In this document: piece after piece, positions 41,102-54,690 of the stretch
Numbering within the stretch: position 1 is the first letter of the stretch
Layout: the number at the start of each line of letters is the position of its first letter
NCBI GenBank assembly: GCA_002189035.1
Contig: NEEC01000002.1
Span: 2,914,001-2,978,000 of the forward strand
Source: Utricularia gibba
Taxonomy: Eukaryota > Plantae > Magnoliophyta
DNA length: 64,000 bases
Reading direction: 5' to 3'
Notes under the pieces: generated by a model
Database searches by the model: none
The model's input: the letters and a program-made list of their open reading frames with translations, nothing else
Told to the model about the DNA's origin: nothing
Translations under genes and position numbers: made by a program

Positions 41102-44100
41102 ATTTCACCTACTTAACATGTCTTCTATTAAGCTTCTCTTGATCCTTTAAATGCTTTAGAGACTCATGATCAGTGTGTATCACGAATTCCTTAAGCCACA
41201 AGCAGTCATATCATGTTTTCAAAGTTCTAACCAATGCATACAACTCCTTGTCATAGGTTGGATAGTTGAGGGCGGTGCCATAAACCTTCTCACTAAAATA
41301 AACAAGTGGACATCTATTTTGCATCAATATAGCACCAATACTTAAGCGTGATGTATCACATTCAATTTCAAAAGTGTCAGAAAAATTTGGAAGAGCTAGG
41401 AGAGATGTTGATCAAAGTTTATCCATGAGTTGTGTGAAGGCTTGTTGTAGCTCGTCTCTCCAATGAAATGAGTGATTTTTCTTGATCAATTGAGTGTGGG
41501 GTGCTTTTATGGTGTTGAAATCCTTAACAAATCGTCTTTAGAAGCTTGTTAAGTCATGAAAACTCTTCAATTCACCAACTGAGGTAGATGTTGGTAATAA
41601 CACATAGTTTTGAGTACTTTAGGATAGTGAAATAATTAGTGTTATATTACAAAACTTGGATTCTATCATTTCTTTCTGTGTTTTTGTGATTAGAGATAGT
41701 GTTTGTGTCTTTTACTCTTCATTGGGTAATGCATCATATTCCTACATCACTAACACCATAGCGTAAAAAAGAGATGTTATTCATGTAAAAGACACACTTC
41801 TTGATGTTAGCAAACAACATCTTTTTCCTAAGAGTATCTAATACATCCCTCAAACAATATACATGTTCATCAATACTTTTGCTATGGATCAGAATATCAT
41901 CAAAATAAATAATTACAAATCTACTTATAAAAGATCTAAGAACGTGATTCATTAATCTCATAAAAATGCTAGGAGCATTAGTCAAACTAAAAGCCATAAC
42001 AACCCACTCATACAAATCAAATTTGGTTTTGAAAGCAGTTTTCCACTCATCAACTTACTTCATTCTAATATGATGATATCCATCCCTCAAATCAATTTTA
42101 GTAAAAACATGAGTATCATGCAATTCATCAAGCATATCTTCAAGTCTAGAGATAGAATATCTATACTTTAGTCATGTTGTTGATGGCTCGACAATCAGTG
42201 CATATACACCAAGTTCCAGCAGATTTAGGAACCAAAAAAATTGACATAGAGCAAGGACTCATGCTTTCTCATACAAATCCTTTAGACATCAATTCTTCAA
42301 CATGCATTTGTATTTCGTTCGTTTCTTCTAGATTGGCACAATATGCTGGTCGATTGGGGAGTTGTTCTCTTGACATGAGATCAACTTGTTGCTCAATCCC
42401 TCTAATGGGAGGTAATCCGTGAAGTTCTCTTGAAAATACATCTTGATATCTTTGTAAGAGAAAAACAACACAAGATGAAATGAGTTGAGTATTATTAGGA
42501 AAATAAAAACTTCTTCCTCATACATAAGTAGAAGAAATGGTTGTCTAACATGCAAAGAGTGTTTAAGCTCACTTGATCTAATTAAGAGACTCTCATCTTT
42601 TCTCTCAATTTTTATCACTCTCATGTTTTCATTTTCTGTTTTGCACTTATTCTCACCATTTTTTTCCACTAAATTCCTTCCCACATCTTGCTTTCACTCC
42701 ATTTTTTTGAATCTTTTTTTCACTTATTTTCACTCCACTCTCATTTTGCTTTTCTCCACTTATCTCTCCTTCCTTAAGCATGACCTCGTGATTCTCATTT
42801 GTGCCATGTAGTGCTCTAGCATCACTTAGGATCATGAAATGCTCTTCTAAATTGCAAGGTTTTGGATGCCTCACAATTGGTAATTGCAATTTCTTCAGCA
42901 AGATGTTGCTAATAATATTAGTATAACTACCTCCATCAATAATCAATCTACAAACTTTGTCATTCACAAAGCAACATGTTTGAAACAAGTTTTATTTTTG
43001 TTCATCATTGTCCTTAAGTCCAATATTAAGTGTTTTTCGAGTGACTAACACTTCTGCAGAAATAGACATTTCATCCTCATCACTCAATATAGCTTCTATC
43101 TCCACGAGATCATCATTATTTTCACTAATCACTTCTCCATTGACTCTCATCACCATGGCTCTTTTATTTGGACGTTCAGAACCAATATGTTCATGTCCAA
43201 GCAATTGATGCATTTTATGTTCTTTATAGTACCCTTAGAAGGTGTTGTTCGCTCCCCTTTCTTGAAACTTTATGAGGTGTCGAATTTGGGGTGTTCCATG
43301 GATGACTTCCTTTTAGTTCTCTCCTACATCTCTTTTGTGTCTCCAAATTTCGAACTAGGAGCCCTTTTATTGAAATCTCGATCAAAGTTCTTGTTTGAGA
43401 GTTGTTTCTCAATTTTTGTTGCCATATGAATCATGTCATCATCCTCAATGTAATGTTGAAACTCCACAATATTTGCAATCTCAATGTAATAACTGTTTTC
43501 TTATCTTCACTAAGTTTTGCTCTAATCATTAATATCTCTATTTCTTGCCAATATTTTTCCATTGACCTTGAATCCTGTTTGAGATTTTGTAATCATTGAT
43601 AAACTTCTCTTTGGTAATGACATAACACAAATCATTTCATCTTAGCTCAAGTATCAATTAGTTCCTCAAAGTTAATCCTTCTTTTATTTATCAATTGATC
43701 CCATCAAATTACAACATATTTAGTGAATTCTATGGAAGCCAATCTGATTTTCTTGCCTTCAGAAAAATTGTCACAATCAAAGGTATGTTCCACTCGAGTT
43801 TTTCATTGCAGATAAGCATCTGAATCATTCTTTCATTGAAATTAGTGAATTTTCATCTTGATGTTATTAGCATGCCTTTCATTTCTTTCTTCCTCTCTCC
43901 TACCTCCTTGGTCTCAAAATCTTCTTCTATCATCATGGACATTGTTATTTTCACCATGTTCAAGGTACTCTCTTCTTCATCATCATTCATGATTCTTATC
44001 TTTTCTTCCAATGCTTCTTTTCACTTCATTGATCAATAAAATCAAGTTCAATGTAGTTGCATTGAGGCATTCGCACACCTCAATCCCTTCCAGAAGCATG

Positions 44101-47006
44101 ATTATTTCGTACACCTTCGTTCTTCGAATATCTTGAAGAGAATATTCACGCTCATCAAGTCTGGCATTAATATTTTCCAGAACACAATGCACTCTTGCAA
44201 ATTCTTGTTGCATGACTCTCAAACTGAACTTGTCATCCAATGAGTCATTTTTTCTCAAACAGCAAGGTAGAGAAGAAAATAAAGCAAAAGATTAAAGAAA
44301 CACACACAAAGTTTACCACTCAATCATCATCTTCAAGTCCTTGATGCACTCGTTAACATCATCATGCTTAATCTCATAGTATCTCAATAATTAATCACTT
44401 CCATATTGGTAATAGTTTTGGTGTTATGATTGGGTTAAGTTAGAGTAATAGTATTATTTGAGTCAAGATAGAGACAAGGGAGAGTAGTTGAATTAAAAAA
44501 AAGAACTCAATAAGTTGGTTGCTTATTGGAGTAGATGAATAAGAGGAATAGACAATAAACTAAATAGAAGATGAATGGGCTCTAAACTCAAAATATATTG
44601 CTTGTGGGGATTCTAAAAATAGAGGAATGGACAATAAACAAAGAGAATAGTCAAATGGGATAATAGAGACAAGTAAATGAGAAGGAATAAAGATTGAAAT
44701 TAAAGAAAACAATAATAAAGAGGATGTTTGATAGAATAGTTGAAATAGAAGGATGGGTAATAAATAAACAAAGTTTCATAATAGATGATAGCGACAAGTG
44801 ATAGGTGTTCACCTTTACCCTTCTTCTCTTTCACAAACTTGAAGTTGATATTCAATGTGTTATTGTTAATTGAAATTGAAATTCGAGTTCTTTCTCAATG
44901 AACTTTCTTTACACCTTTTTGTTTGTTTGTTTGTTTTTTTTTTTTTTGTTTTGCCAAAACCTGAAATATGGAGAAGGCAATGGATGTTTTTTTTTTTTTT
45001 TTGGAATAAACATAAAGAGAAGAACTAAAAGAAGAGCAAGATACTCATATAGAGAAGAAACTCCAAAGTTCTAATACCAAATGATGTGACCCTTTAATTT
45101 AAAAAGTTTTGCAATCCACAAACATGAGATGATTTTAATGCTTAGAAAGAAATCCACCAAAGTCTACTTACAAGAGAATGAATCTCTTACAACCAAATTA
45201 TGAAAGAAAGGGAAATTAGAAGCCACATTTTAAAAAGATGAGAGATTGGAAATGATAATCCTTATATATCACAAGTTCAAAAGCTTGATAAGTCAAGAGT
45301 GTTTAAGTTTTCAAAAGAAAAGAAATTCTTCAAAAGATTCATGAAAATGAATTAAAGGTACTTTAAAAAGTACATTTTTAAAGTATTTATATTTTAAATT
45401 TGAGCTCTAATATTTTAAATCTAAACTAAATTAAAAGAAAGATTATCAAGTCCAATAGCACACATCAATGATGATAATCCATTTTGAGCTCTCGCATAAA
45501 TCCACTTTGAAGTAATTGAACTCATTTGATTGAAAAACTTTAACTTAACTTCTAACCTAATATGGTTGAGTAGATTCTTGAATGTAACATCAATCTTCTT
45601 ATTCTTACTTCTTGTGATTGGTACAAGTGGAATGATCTTTTATCCAAAATATCAACTTGTGTCACATCCTCAATATTCTTCAAATGTCCATCATCATTTG
45701 TTAGTTCATTGAATCGATAGTTCATTAACAATATGGTTTTTGCTTGAAATTAGAATTATAAACCTTGAACTAAGTTGAAATCGAAATTGAACCGTATGGT
45801 TTTGATTCAAACTTGGAATCATAAACATGAAATCGAATTGAAACCATAACAATACTATATGGTTTTGGTTTAAAAGATAATTTTAAATGTTAAAAATTAA
45901 TTTAAAAATAAAAATTGTATTTACGAGTTATTTTAATTCTATATACATGCAATTATCAATAAATAATTTAATTTAGCATATTTTTTAAAATATACATAAA
46001 TATTAAAATAAATATTTATATTATTTTGAAATGTATTTGCAGTTATCCACATGAAACATTTTGGATGTTTGAAGAACATTTTTATAGTTATAAAAAAATA
46101 TGATTAAATGTGGGATGAGGAGTTGATATTAGGATTTCTTAAAAACTAATTTTATCAAATTTTTAAACAGTTGAAGACTAATAACACTTATTATTTCAAA
46201 ATAGAGGATTGTGTATACCAAACTATTTATATAAAAAATAAGCAATAAATTGTTTGGAATTGAAAATACCAATTTTCTAAATAATGGAGGATCAAATATA
46301 TCATTATTTTGAACTAGTAGATATTAATTATATCAAAATTTTAAATAGTAAAAATGAATATTATGCAATAGAATCTTTTATGATTTTTATAAATTTTATA
46401 AATAGTGGACACTATTGGTATCATGTGACTATGTATGAATATTAGGTTTAGAACAGGATTTTATTTAGGTTGAATAATTATAAACATTTTTTTTGTATGA
46501 ATTTGAATTATAATATTTGACTTTGGATCCATTCAAAAAAAATACAAAGTTATTATATATTGTAGATCTATTAGTATTGAAGATTAAGTACATTTTTTTC
46601 TTTTTTTTTTAAAAAAGAAAGAATTAAGCGGGTACTAATATTTGGTAATGAAAAAGCAAAATGACGAAGATTTTGCTGCAGTAGATATGCATATGCATAC
46701 AACTCAGTAGGTTACAAGGAATATAAACATAAATAAGTAGAAGCTCATATTTCTCTGTTGACATGGGGATGCAGATCACACGAGACCTGCTACAAGACCC
46801 TGAGGCGTTATGCGAAGGGTGCATAATTCAAGACACTTTGAATCAAAAACTGACGCCTACTGCGAGAGAAACCCAAGGCAAACAGTCGAGAAACAAATCA
46901 GGCGATGCGCATGAAAGATTTCCATTTTGAAATAGAGATTTGGCCCATAGGTTGCTGCTTGGGTTTCATTATGCATTTGAGGCAGCTGGTAGGTGTTCTG
47001 TATGGA

Positions 47007-48326
47007 TTATTTTTCTGTTTCATCGCTCAGCTCAGGAGCAGAGATGCGTCCAGAAGTGATGCCATTCTCTCCACTGCTGGTGTCTCTAGATGTAGCCTCA
47101 GGCTCAGGCCAGAAGTTGTCAAACCAGCTTAGATCAGCACCCAATTCATGGTCACCAAAAGACTCCACCGTGGAGTCTTCATCTGCATCTTCTTCTCCAA
47201 TGAGATGGAAGACGGTGTTCTGCATTTGGTGATAATCATCATCATCCGCCTCCCATGGATGTGATGGGTGATGATGGGCTCCTCGCCATTCTTCATCATC
47301 ATCACTGTCTATCTCCAAAACAAAGGATCTATTCTGCACAGCCCTCTTGTGGAGCATGAACACATTGAAGTAGTAGCTAACAAGTTCCATCATTGTGCGG
47401 TTTGGAAATGTATCCCTGAGGTGCCTCCAGAAATTTCTACCATGTGACTTAGGATTGGAGGATACAACCTCCTGAAAAATGAGCCTTTCTTCCGGGATCC
47501 ATTTTGATGCCACTGCCTCACCCATATCGTGGAAACCTAGATCCGAGAATTTGTCATTTCCAACAGCCCGCAGGAATTTTTCTCTCGCTTCCTCCACATG
47601 TTGTTGGACACATCTCATGGACCCCATGTCCAGGCAGCTGCATTCTGTTCTACCTTGCCCAGCTCTGAATCCGTCAACGTCTGAGTCATTTACATCAGGA
47701 AGTGACAAGACACAAGATCCCATAAGTCTCTGTTCCCGATCAATCTCCATAGACAGACTGTCATCGGAAATTCTGCTATGGCAACCACTAGCACCCCATA
47801 GAGGAACTAATGCTTGATGATCTGGGCCAATGGGAACTTGCTTCCTTGGGGGGCAATTGAATACAGTTGCATAAGGATCTACATGAGGTTCAGGGGATTG
47901 TTCTGGGATGCTTAAATGAATATATCCCGGAAGAGTTGACCAACCAGGGGTGCTTCCATTTCCAACATCTTCTTCATTACTCCTGGTGGTCACCAATAAT
48001 AATGGTTCGGTTGCATTTGGTTTTTTGTCAGTGGTTAAACCACTAACTTTTCCATCTTGAAACCCCAAGTCAAGCTCGAGTTCACAAAAATTGCTACCTG
48101 TGATATGTTGGAATGTTAATCAAAAGACAAATTTATTTCGAAACTAACCAGAAGCATAACTTTAGATGTACCACCCGACTAGCTTACCAAGGGAATAGCT
48201 AGTCTGATTCATTACACGAGATTCCTCTACATTTGATGGAGATTTTACGTAATATTCAACTAACTTGGACTGTTTGAAAGAAGGCTCAGGAAAATCTTCC
48301 TCGCCCCAACATCGTTTGATACCCAT
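47007..48326 (-). CDS. ELM2/SANT-domain chromatin protein (At1g26580/At2g03470/At1g13880-like, ARID1/2-related without ARID)
   Basis: Exons 48326-48188 and 48097-47007. Motifs: MGIKR..., RKQVPIGPDHQA.VP, C.C.D.GSMRCVQQHV.EAREK, LGF.DMGE.VA.KW, NFW.HL...F...ELVSYYFNVFML.KRA.QNR, IDSDDDE. Confidence 0.9.
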
Positions 48327-49849
48327 AATTTACACTGAAAGATCGGAAAAATTAAGGGTCAGTGACAAAAAAAAAAAAAAAAAAAAAAAAAACCTGTAAA
48401 CATCATAAAGAATTACTATGGATGCAAGAAAGAACAACCTAACATCACAAGAAATTGAGGGTCAAACCCTAACCCTAGGTTTCAACACAAAAATTGTAAA
48501 AAAGCAACATGGAGGATATCAAACCTCAATTCAGAGGACAAAGAATGTAAACCCTCAATCAATTTCCAGATCCAAGAAACCTACATATTAATAATCACAA
48601 AAATTAAGAAAACCCTAATTTTGAAAAAGGATCTCCCGATAAAACTCCGATTCAATTCTATCAAAAGAGGAAAACGGACCAGGATGGCCGAAAATCATTA
48701 GATTTCAAAGATCGAGAGGGGATTCAGACAAACGCACTAGAAATTTTCGAAATTCATAATCTGGGCCAAAACCGTGCACAAACAAGAGGGGATTCAACCA
48801 ATCGCATCAGAAAATCGTCGAATTGAAAAAATTTTGCTGGAAACCAAACGATTACAAAAGATTCCGACTCCTTCGATGTGGAAATTGAAGGCAATCGATT
48901 CAGTTGGCCCAGGGGCAACCTTTCAACGGCGTATCGTTCTCTTCGTAGCGGTGAGGACCCGAATATTATGACCCGGTTTTCGTACGGGAAAAATTGCACA
49001 CCCGCCAATTATTCCCATATAAATAATTAATAAATTTACCGCCGATTTCAGTATTGTACTAAAATAGTCAATTTATTAATAATAGGATAAGTCAAAGAAA
49101 TAAGCACCTCCAAATAATTTATAATTTCAATTCATATAAAAATAATTTTTAAATATAATGTGTAACAGAATCAAAATTAAAAACAAAAAACTTATTCTGG
49201 TAATGTGCAAGTGGGATGCACAATCACAAATGAATTATATTTTAAATCCTAAGTAAAACTATGAATAACAAGTTGAAACAAGAATTGAAATTAAATAAAT
49301 AGACAAAAGATAATAATATTGAATTTAATAAAAAAAAAATAATACCTTAGGATGATTCTAATGATCTCGTTGATGTGGCATTAAATAATTTTAATACATT
49401 TATAAATGTAATTATATGTATATAATTACTTATTTCTTATGTTTAGAATAATAATACCAAAAAAGTGAAAAAATTAAATGTTAAGGAAGTCTTTGATAAA
49501 TGATTTATAATTTTAATTATATGATTCAAGATAAAATATAGTTTATATATTAAATTTGAAATATATTTAATAGATATTTTTAGATATGTTACATTTAATA
49601 ATATATTTGTTTTTATATTTATACCATAAAAATAATTATATTGTCCTTAATATTAATCTATTCGTCCATTCTCCTCCCCATTTATCCTTGGCTCCATTTT
49701 TCTCAAAATGGTTTTGGTCACAAAAGAAAAAAAAAATATGAATAACATTGTTTCTAATCTTATGAATAATCTTCTTATTAAATTTTATTTTTTTATTTGT
49801 GAATTTCTTCATGAATTCCATAATTGACATGTGAAAAAATGCAAAAGTT

Positions 49850-50975
49850 CATCAAGAATTTGCTAAGTTTTGTTTTTCTAAATACTCATCTATAGATATG
49901 TTTATGCTCCAAAACTATAAGTCGTTATACATAAAACCCTGAGACACGTTAGATTAGATAAACTATAGGTACATGGTTGGATTTTTCATGTTTTTGAATA
50001 ATACTCATTCATCTATCGTGTTTGCATTTAGCTTATTATCTAGATTCATACATTATGTGATGGTATCTTATCTACAATATGCAAAAATGGTGTTGAGACA
50101 CATATTTGGAATCTTGACTTACAGCTTATATTATAATAGAAGCAGCAAGTCTATGTATGATTTTATTGATTTAGACTCTGATGAGCTAATGATTTCAAAA
50201 ACACTTTAGTTTATTTCTTCAATATTCCTCAATTGGAGCATGTTGGAACTCTAAGAAGCAACAAACAATTATCCAATCTATCAAAGAGGCAGATTATATT
50301 GTTGCTTCTTTGATTGATAATTAGGCTAATTGACTAAGAAAAATGCTCACTAATCTTGAAAGAAAGTATCAAGATCTAACAACTATCTATTTTTACTCCA
50401 AAACTGTCACAGTCATGATCAAGGACCTTGTGTTCCATCTGAATATGAAACATATATTAATGAACTATCATTTTTTCTATGAGAAGCAAAAAGATAGTAA
50501 ATTAAAATTCACATACTGTAACTCTAGTGATCAAGCTGCTGATACTTTCATCCAAGTCCTACCTCTAAATCAATTTGAGAAATAGAGAAGTGAGTTAGGT
50601 TTGGTGGTGGGAAAACATCAACGGAAAAGTTTATTAAAAAAAGTTGAATGTTTTTTCTTTATTGAAACTGATAATGTATACGGATTTGAGATCCATATTA
50701 AAGATACCAATTATGCAAATCAAGTGAGAGCTAGAAGAGTTGACGCTAGGTTGGAAGAACTAATACTAGGATGAAATCTGACATTCAAAAATCAAAACTT
50801 TGTTAAGAAACAAAATCTACACAACCATTCAACCTTGGTTTTGTGAAATTCTGTTAAGCGATTGAGAACTCCCACATAATGTATTAGTTTCCTGATTTTT
50901 TATTCGTTTTTTTTACTTGCATTGTCTATTTATACACTTGTGTTAGCAGCAGGTTGATACACATTTGTGATAACA
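49850..50975 (+). mobile_element. Ty1/copia RT-RNase H remnant with a probable degenerate 3' LTR
   Basis: Interrupted GFFMFLNNT..IVFAFSLLSRF, QTIIQSIKEADYI, SSDQAADTFIQVLP...F, followed by LTR-like sequence ending GATAACA at ~50973. Confidence 0.7.
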
Positions 50976-51740
50976 ATTTTCCTTTGATCAAAACTTATTT
51001 TCTTGACTCAAGCTCCTTGCTTTTCGCTGTCGTATTGCTTACACGCATAAGCTTCAGAGTTCATCTAATCACTTCCTCTATCAACCAGACGAGGAAGAGA
51101 TAATTAATCAAGGACGACCACTCGGTTCTTCTTGAATACGATGGTATTTATTCACCCAGGAGAGCAAGAAGGCAACGCAAACAAGCGCACAGTTGGGTTC
51201 ACTGAATAATTCACATGAAAGGCTGCTGATGGTCGCGACGACAGCAGACGCAATTTAAAGCTTCCTAATAAATAACAGTGTGGTACTCGAAGACCGGTTG
51301 AAGAAGTGGAGGAGGAGGGATTTGGAGCTAAGCATTCCTTTCCTTGGTTGCCCCATTTCTAGTGTGGGCCTTATCATTCATGGAGCAGCTCTGTATTTAT
51401 GGAGAAAGCGAGTGAGTGTGTGTCGCTGCACCTGGTTTGTGTCTCTCTGGGTAAATACCTTTACCCCATCTCTAACACCACTACTGGGCCTCGCTGCAAG
51501 TGTCAAGGGAGTGATCGGAAACAATGTGCATGTGAGCGAATAAAAGTGGCATTTAGTTGAATGCCTGCCTCCAGAGAAGTTAATGTGCAGCACGACAGCT
51601 AATGGCGGGCAACTGCTGTTATTTGATCAGCACCCTCTTTTATTCACGACAGAAGAGGTCAAACCCATAAGCCTGCCATTTACTCTCTAACTTACAGATA
51701 CGCTTCCTCCTCACTTGATGCCATTCCTTCTCTGCTGAAC

Positions 51741-52120
51741 ATGGAATCCTCACCCAACACTCTCCCGGCGGCGAGGAATGCAGCAGCAGCGAATCCGGGT
51801 GGACCAAGTACATCGCCTCGCCGGACGACGATCACCGCCGCTTCCAAGTAATCGAAGACGAAGAGGAAGAGGAGGAGCAGGGAGAGTATAGTGGTTTGAG
51901 TCTTCAACTCTGCAGAAAAAACAGGGACGCAGAGGACATAGAGAGTGATGATTCGATGGCTTCCGATGCGTCATCTGCTCCAAGCTGTAAATTCAGCTTC
52001 AAGGAGAAGAAGAAGCAGCAGCAGCATAAGAGAATGGAGATCAAGGCAGAGAATGGAAACGAAAAGGGAAAGTCTGTGCAGCAAGCTAATGGCGGTGAAA
52101 GAAGGATTAACAGACTGTGA
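51741..52120 (+). CDS. SOFL: SOB FIVE-LIKE (SOFL) cytokinin-related protein; one apparent -1 indel near the start
   Basis: SOFL-A motif EECSSSESGWTKYIASP and SOFL-B motif DDSMASDASSAP. The ATG at 51741 joins this frame only if 1 nt is added at ~51753-51767. Confidence 0.85.
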
Positions 52121-52990
52121 AAACCAGGTCAGGTAGATCCTGTGACGCTTATCTTCTTTGTTAAGCTCTGAAACTTCTAGCTGTACCTGAAAATCTTTGA
52201 GTTCATGCGTGTATGCAAGTGCGCCGAATGCCGGTGGGCTGCGTTGAGTCGAGGGCGTAGGCACAATTTAAATTAAATGGTGTCAACATTTTTTTAAAAA
52301 ATATTACATTAAACTTTTTATTTTTTGTAATATCAAATTGATAAACCTAATCGAAATTCATAATTTTAATAATACATATTATTAATCAAAATTTGATTCC
52401 AAAATAGGCCAAAACTTAGTTAAAATTTAATGTCGTACTTTTTTTTTAAAGAATTCTATATTACATGTTGTTTCTTATTACAAAAAAAAAAAAAAAACCA
52501 AATGTCAGTTAATTGAACTTGTTCTTTATTCTAATTAAGGGCATGTTCTTTAATTCGAAGCTAGGCTTTAGATTATATAGAATAGAATCAATCTTAAGAT
52601 TATGTAAATATAATCAATTTGAAATTGTAAAATTATTTTGTGAAATAAAATAAAATCATATTATAAAATTTAATAAAATACAATATATATAATAAATTTT
52701 AATATGTTGAATTATTATATGATAGAAGTGGAACATGGTCTGGAACCCATGAATCAATAATTTTTGTGTTACTAAATGAAAATAGAATGGATTTTTTTTT
52801 ACAATTAAGAAACAATGGGAATTAATGGACTCGTTTACAATCATATCTTAAACTAAAAATAGTTGGACATTGCGGGGAAGTATAGTATTTGGATTGGAGT
52901 TGGAGTCTTCTACACGTTGTCGTTTTGCATGGGATATTTACAGTGGAAACGTTGAAAGAACTATTACAGGGACATCTATACCTATGGCCT

Positions 52991-54690
52991 TCAGAATCTA
53001 CGAGAATTCCCAAGCCTTGGGCTCTGCTGCTTCCCAAGAGTCGCAGCCTTGCGTTTGGCAAACGCGGGCGGGAGAAGCTCCTCAAACTTGTCCATGAAGG
53101 AGCTCCAGTCCGCGTTGTTCAGGTCAGCTACCTCCACGAAGCTGGCGCTAGGAGGCAGCAGCTCATCTGCGCTTGCTCCGCGAGGAGAAAAAGAATTCCA
53201 TTGTTTCTGCTTTGAGATGGTAAAGATCTTGCTTGGGCTTTCACTAAACGGGGACTCCCTTGGGTGTCCATTGTCCTTTTCCTTGATGGTTGCCGCCTTA
53301 GAACCATTGAACTGAGATCCAGGATTAGTAAGCGTTTCTTCAGCTGTAAGAAGGCGTCTTGCTTGGATACATATGGACTCAAGCTCACTGGGTTGCTCTT
53401 CAGTATTTCGAAACTCCCGAGTCATCATCTCCCCGATTTCAGCGAGACAGAGGCCTGAGGAAGCAGCTGCCTTGAGGAAGACTGTGCAAAGGAACAAGAC
53501 TCGTAAACTAGCATCACGAATCATGGGAAGCTCGGAGAGCAGCATCTGTGCATCACGGCTGGGATCAAGATCTTCGATGTACTCAAGCTCATCATCGGAG
53601 AAAGGAACTGAAGCCTGAGGCCAATGGATCCACTCAAAGTAGGGATCCTCCAAAGTCTCAGGCAAACATAGGCCATGATCGATTGGAATCAGTTCAGCGT
53701 CACCTCCAGCTCCATCAAACTTTCTAACTAAAATATTACCCGCATGCCTGTCAGTGTTGAGAATCCTAACATCTAAAATTCCGATTCGATGAACAAAAGA
53801 AACGGGGAAACATGATGTTCCGTGATCATTAGCATCACAATCATGGGGCACGAAGTGTTGGAAGGATGCAATCTTGGTACGAATATCCTTATTTTGAGCC
53901 ATGAGCCCATCCATAAAATCATTAACGTTGAAGATTGAGTGACTGATTTTCACAAGTGCAGTAGGTGGCACATTTGCAGAGTGATCATAATCAAGGAGAT
54001 AAGCAGCGACCTCTCTGTATCCAGTTTCCCCAACTCTCACGGACTGCTTTAGGCCAGGACGTCCAAGAGCTTTGCCTACAAAACCCTTTGGATTGTTGGG
54101 TGCAAATGGCTCTTCGTCTGTAGGTTTCACAATGGCCACACTTTCGCCTCTAATGTTTCGAAAATAGTACGCACCCCAAGCCCACTACGAACAGGGATAG
54201 GATCAATACCATTTTTCACAGCCATGACAATTTCCTCAACCAACTTTTTTGTGTTTGCAAAACACGTTGAGTGCCCCAGAATCTCTATAGGGCCACTCTG
54301 ATCCCTCTGATGGATATCTGTGCCTGTTGCGGAGAGACAAGGAGTTGATGAGCTTCTGTGAAGTAAGTTCCTCATCAATAATAAGGGAGAATCATTCCGT
54401 ATAGCTCTAAGATCATTTTTCAAAACCGCATCACCGAATGTCAGCGAACTCTCTTCGATGGGGAAATTTACAGCAAGCTGCAGCCTCCTCTTCACGGTAC
54501 GTGCATTGTCATCCCTCTCCAATTCCATCCCCAGTAGGAAACCAGTTTCAGTTTGCACAAAAACACTTCTCCTACCGGTCGATTTGCTTCCAAACCAATT
54601 GGACCCATGGCACTGCCCATTGCCAAAGGGGCTATCGAAAACAGACACAGCCGCCAGTGTCTGCACAGGACTATCAACCTCGCGAGACAT
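52991..54690 (-). CDS. Type II phosphatidylinositol 4-kinase gamma (PI4Kgamma5/6/7-like), with ubiquitin-like N-terminal domain; one apparent -1 indel
   Basis: Motifs: MSREVDSPVQT, VFVQTETG..LGMEL, RSSSTPCLS, GLG(G)AYYF (frame break at the C4 run 54174-54177), AIVKPTDEEPFAPNNPKG, HRIGILDVRILNTDRHAGNILV, IDHGLCLPE, C-terminal RLGNSRRF. Confidence 0.93.

Larger units (their letters stand above)
37867..45715 (-). mobile_element. Decayed Ty3/gypsy LTR retrotransposon, CRM-clade chromovirus-like
   Basis: Diverged direct LTRs at ~37867-38501 and ~45082-45715. PBS-like TGGTATTAGAAC at 45079-45068. PPT AAAGAAGAGGGGGA at ~38515-38502. Protease IIDGGS, RT YEW.VM.FSLTNAPS.FMRLMN..YFDDILI, RNase H, integrase [17 protein letters not shown]. 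The INT C-terminus runs into the 3' LTR with a CR-motif-like LGLITKIKSKKI. Confidence 0.88.
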
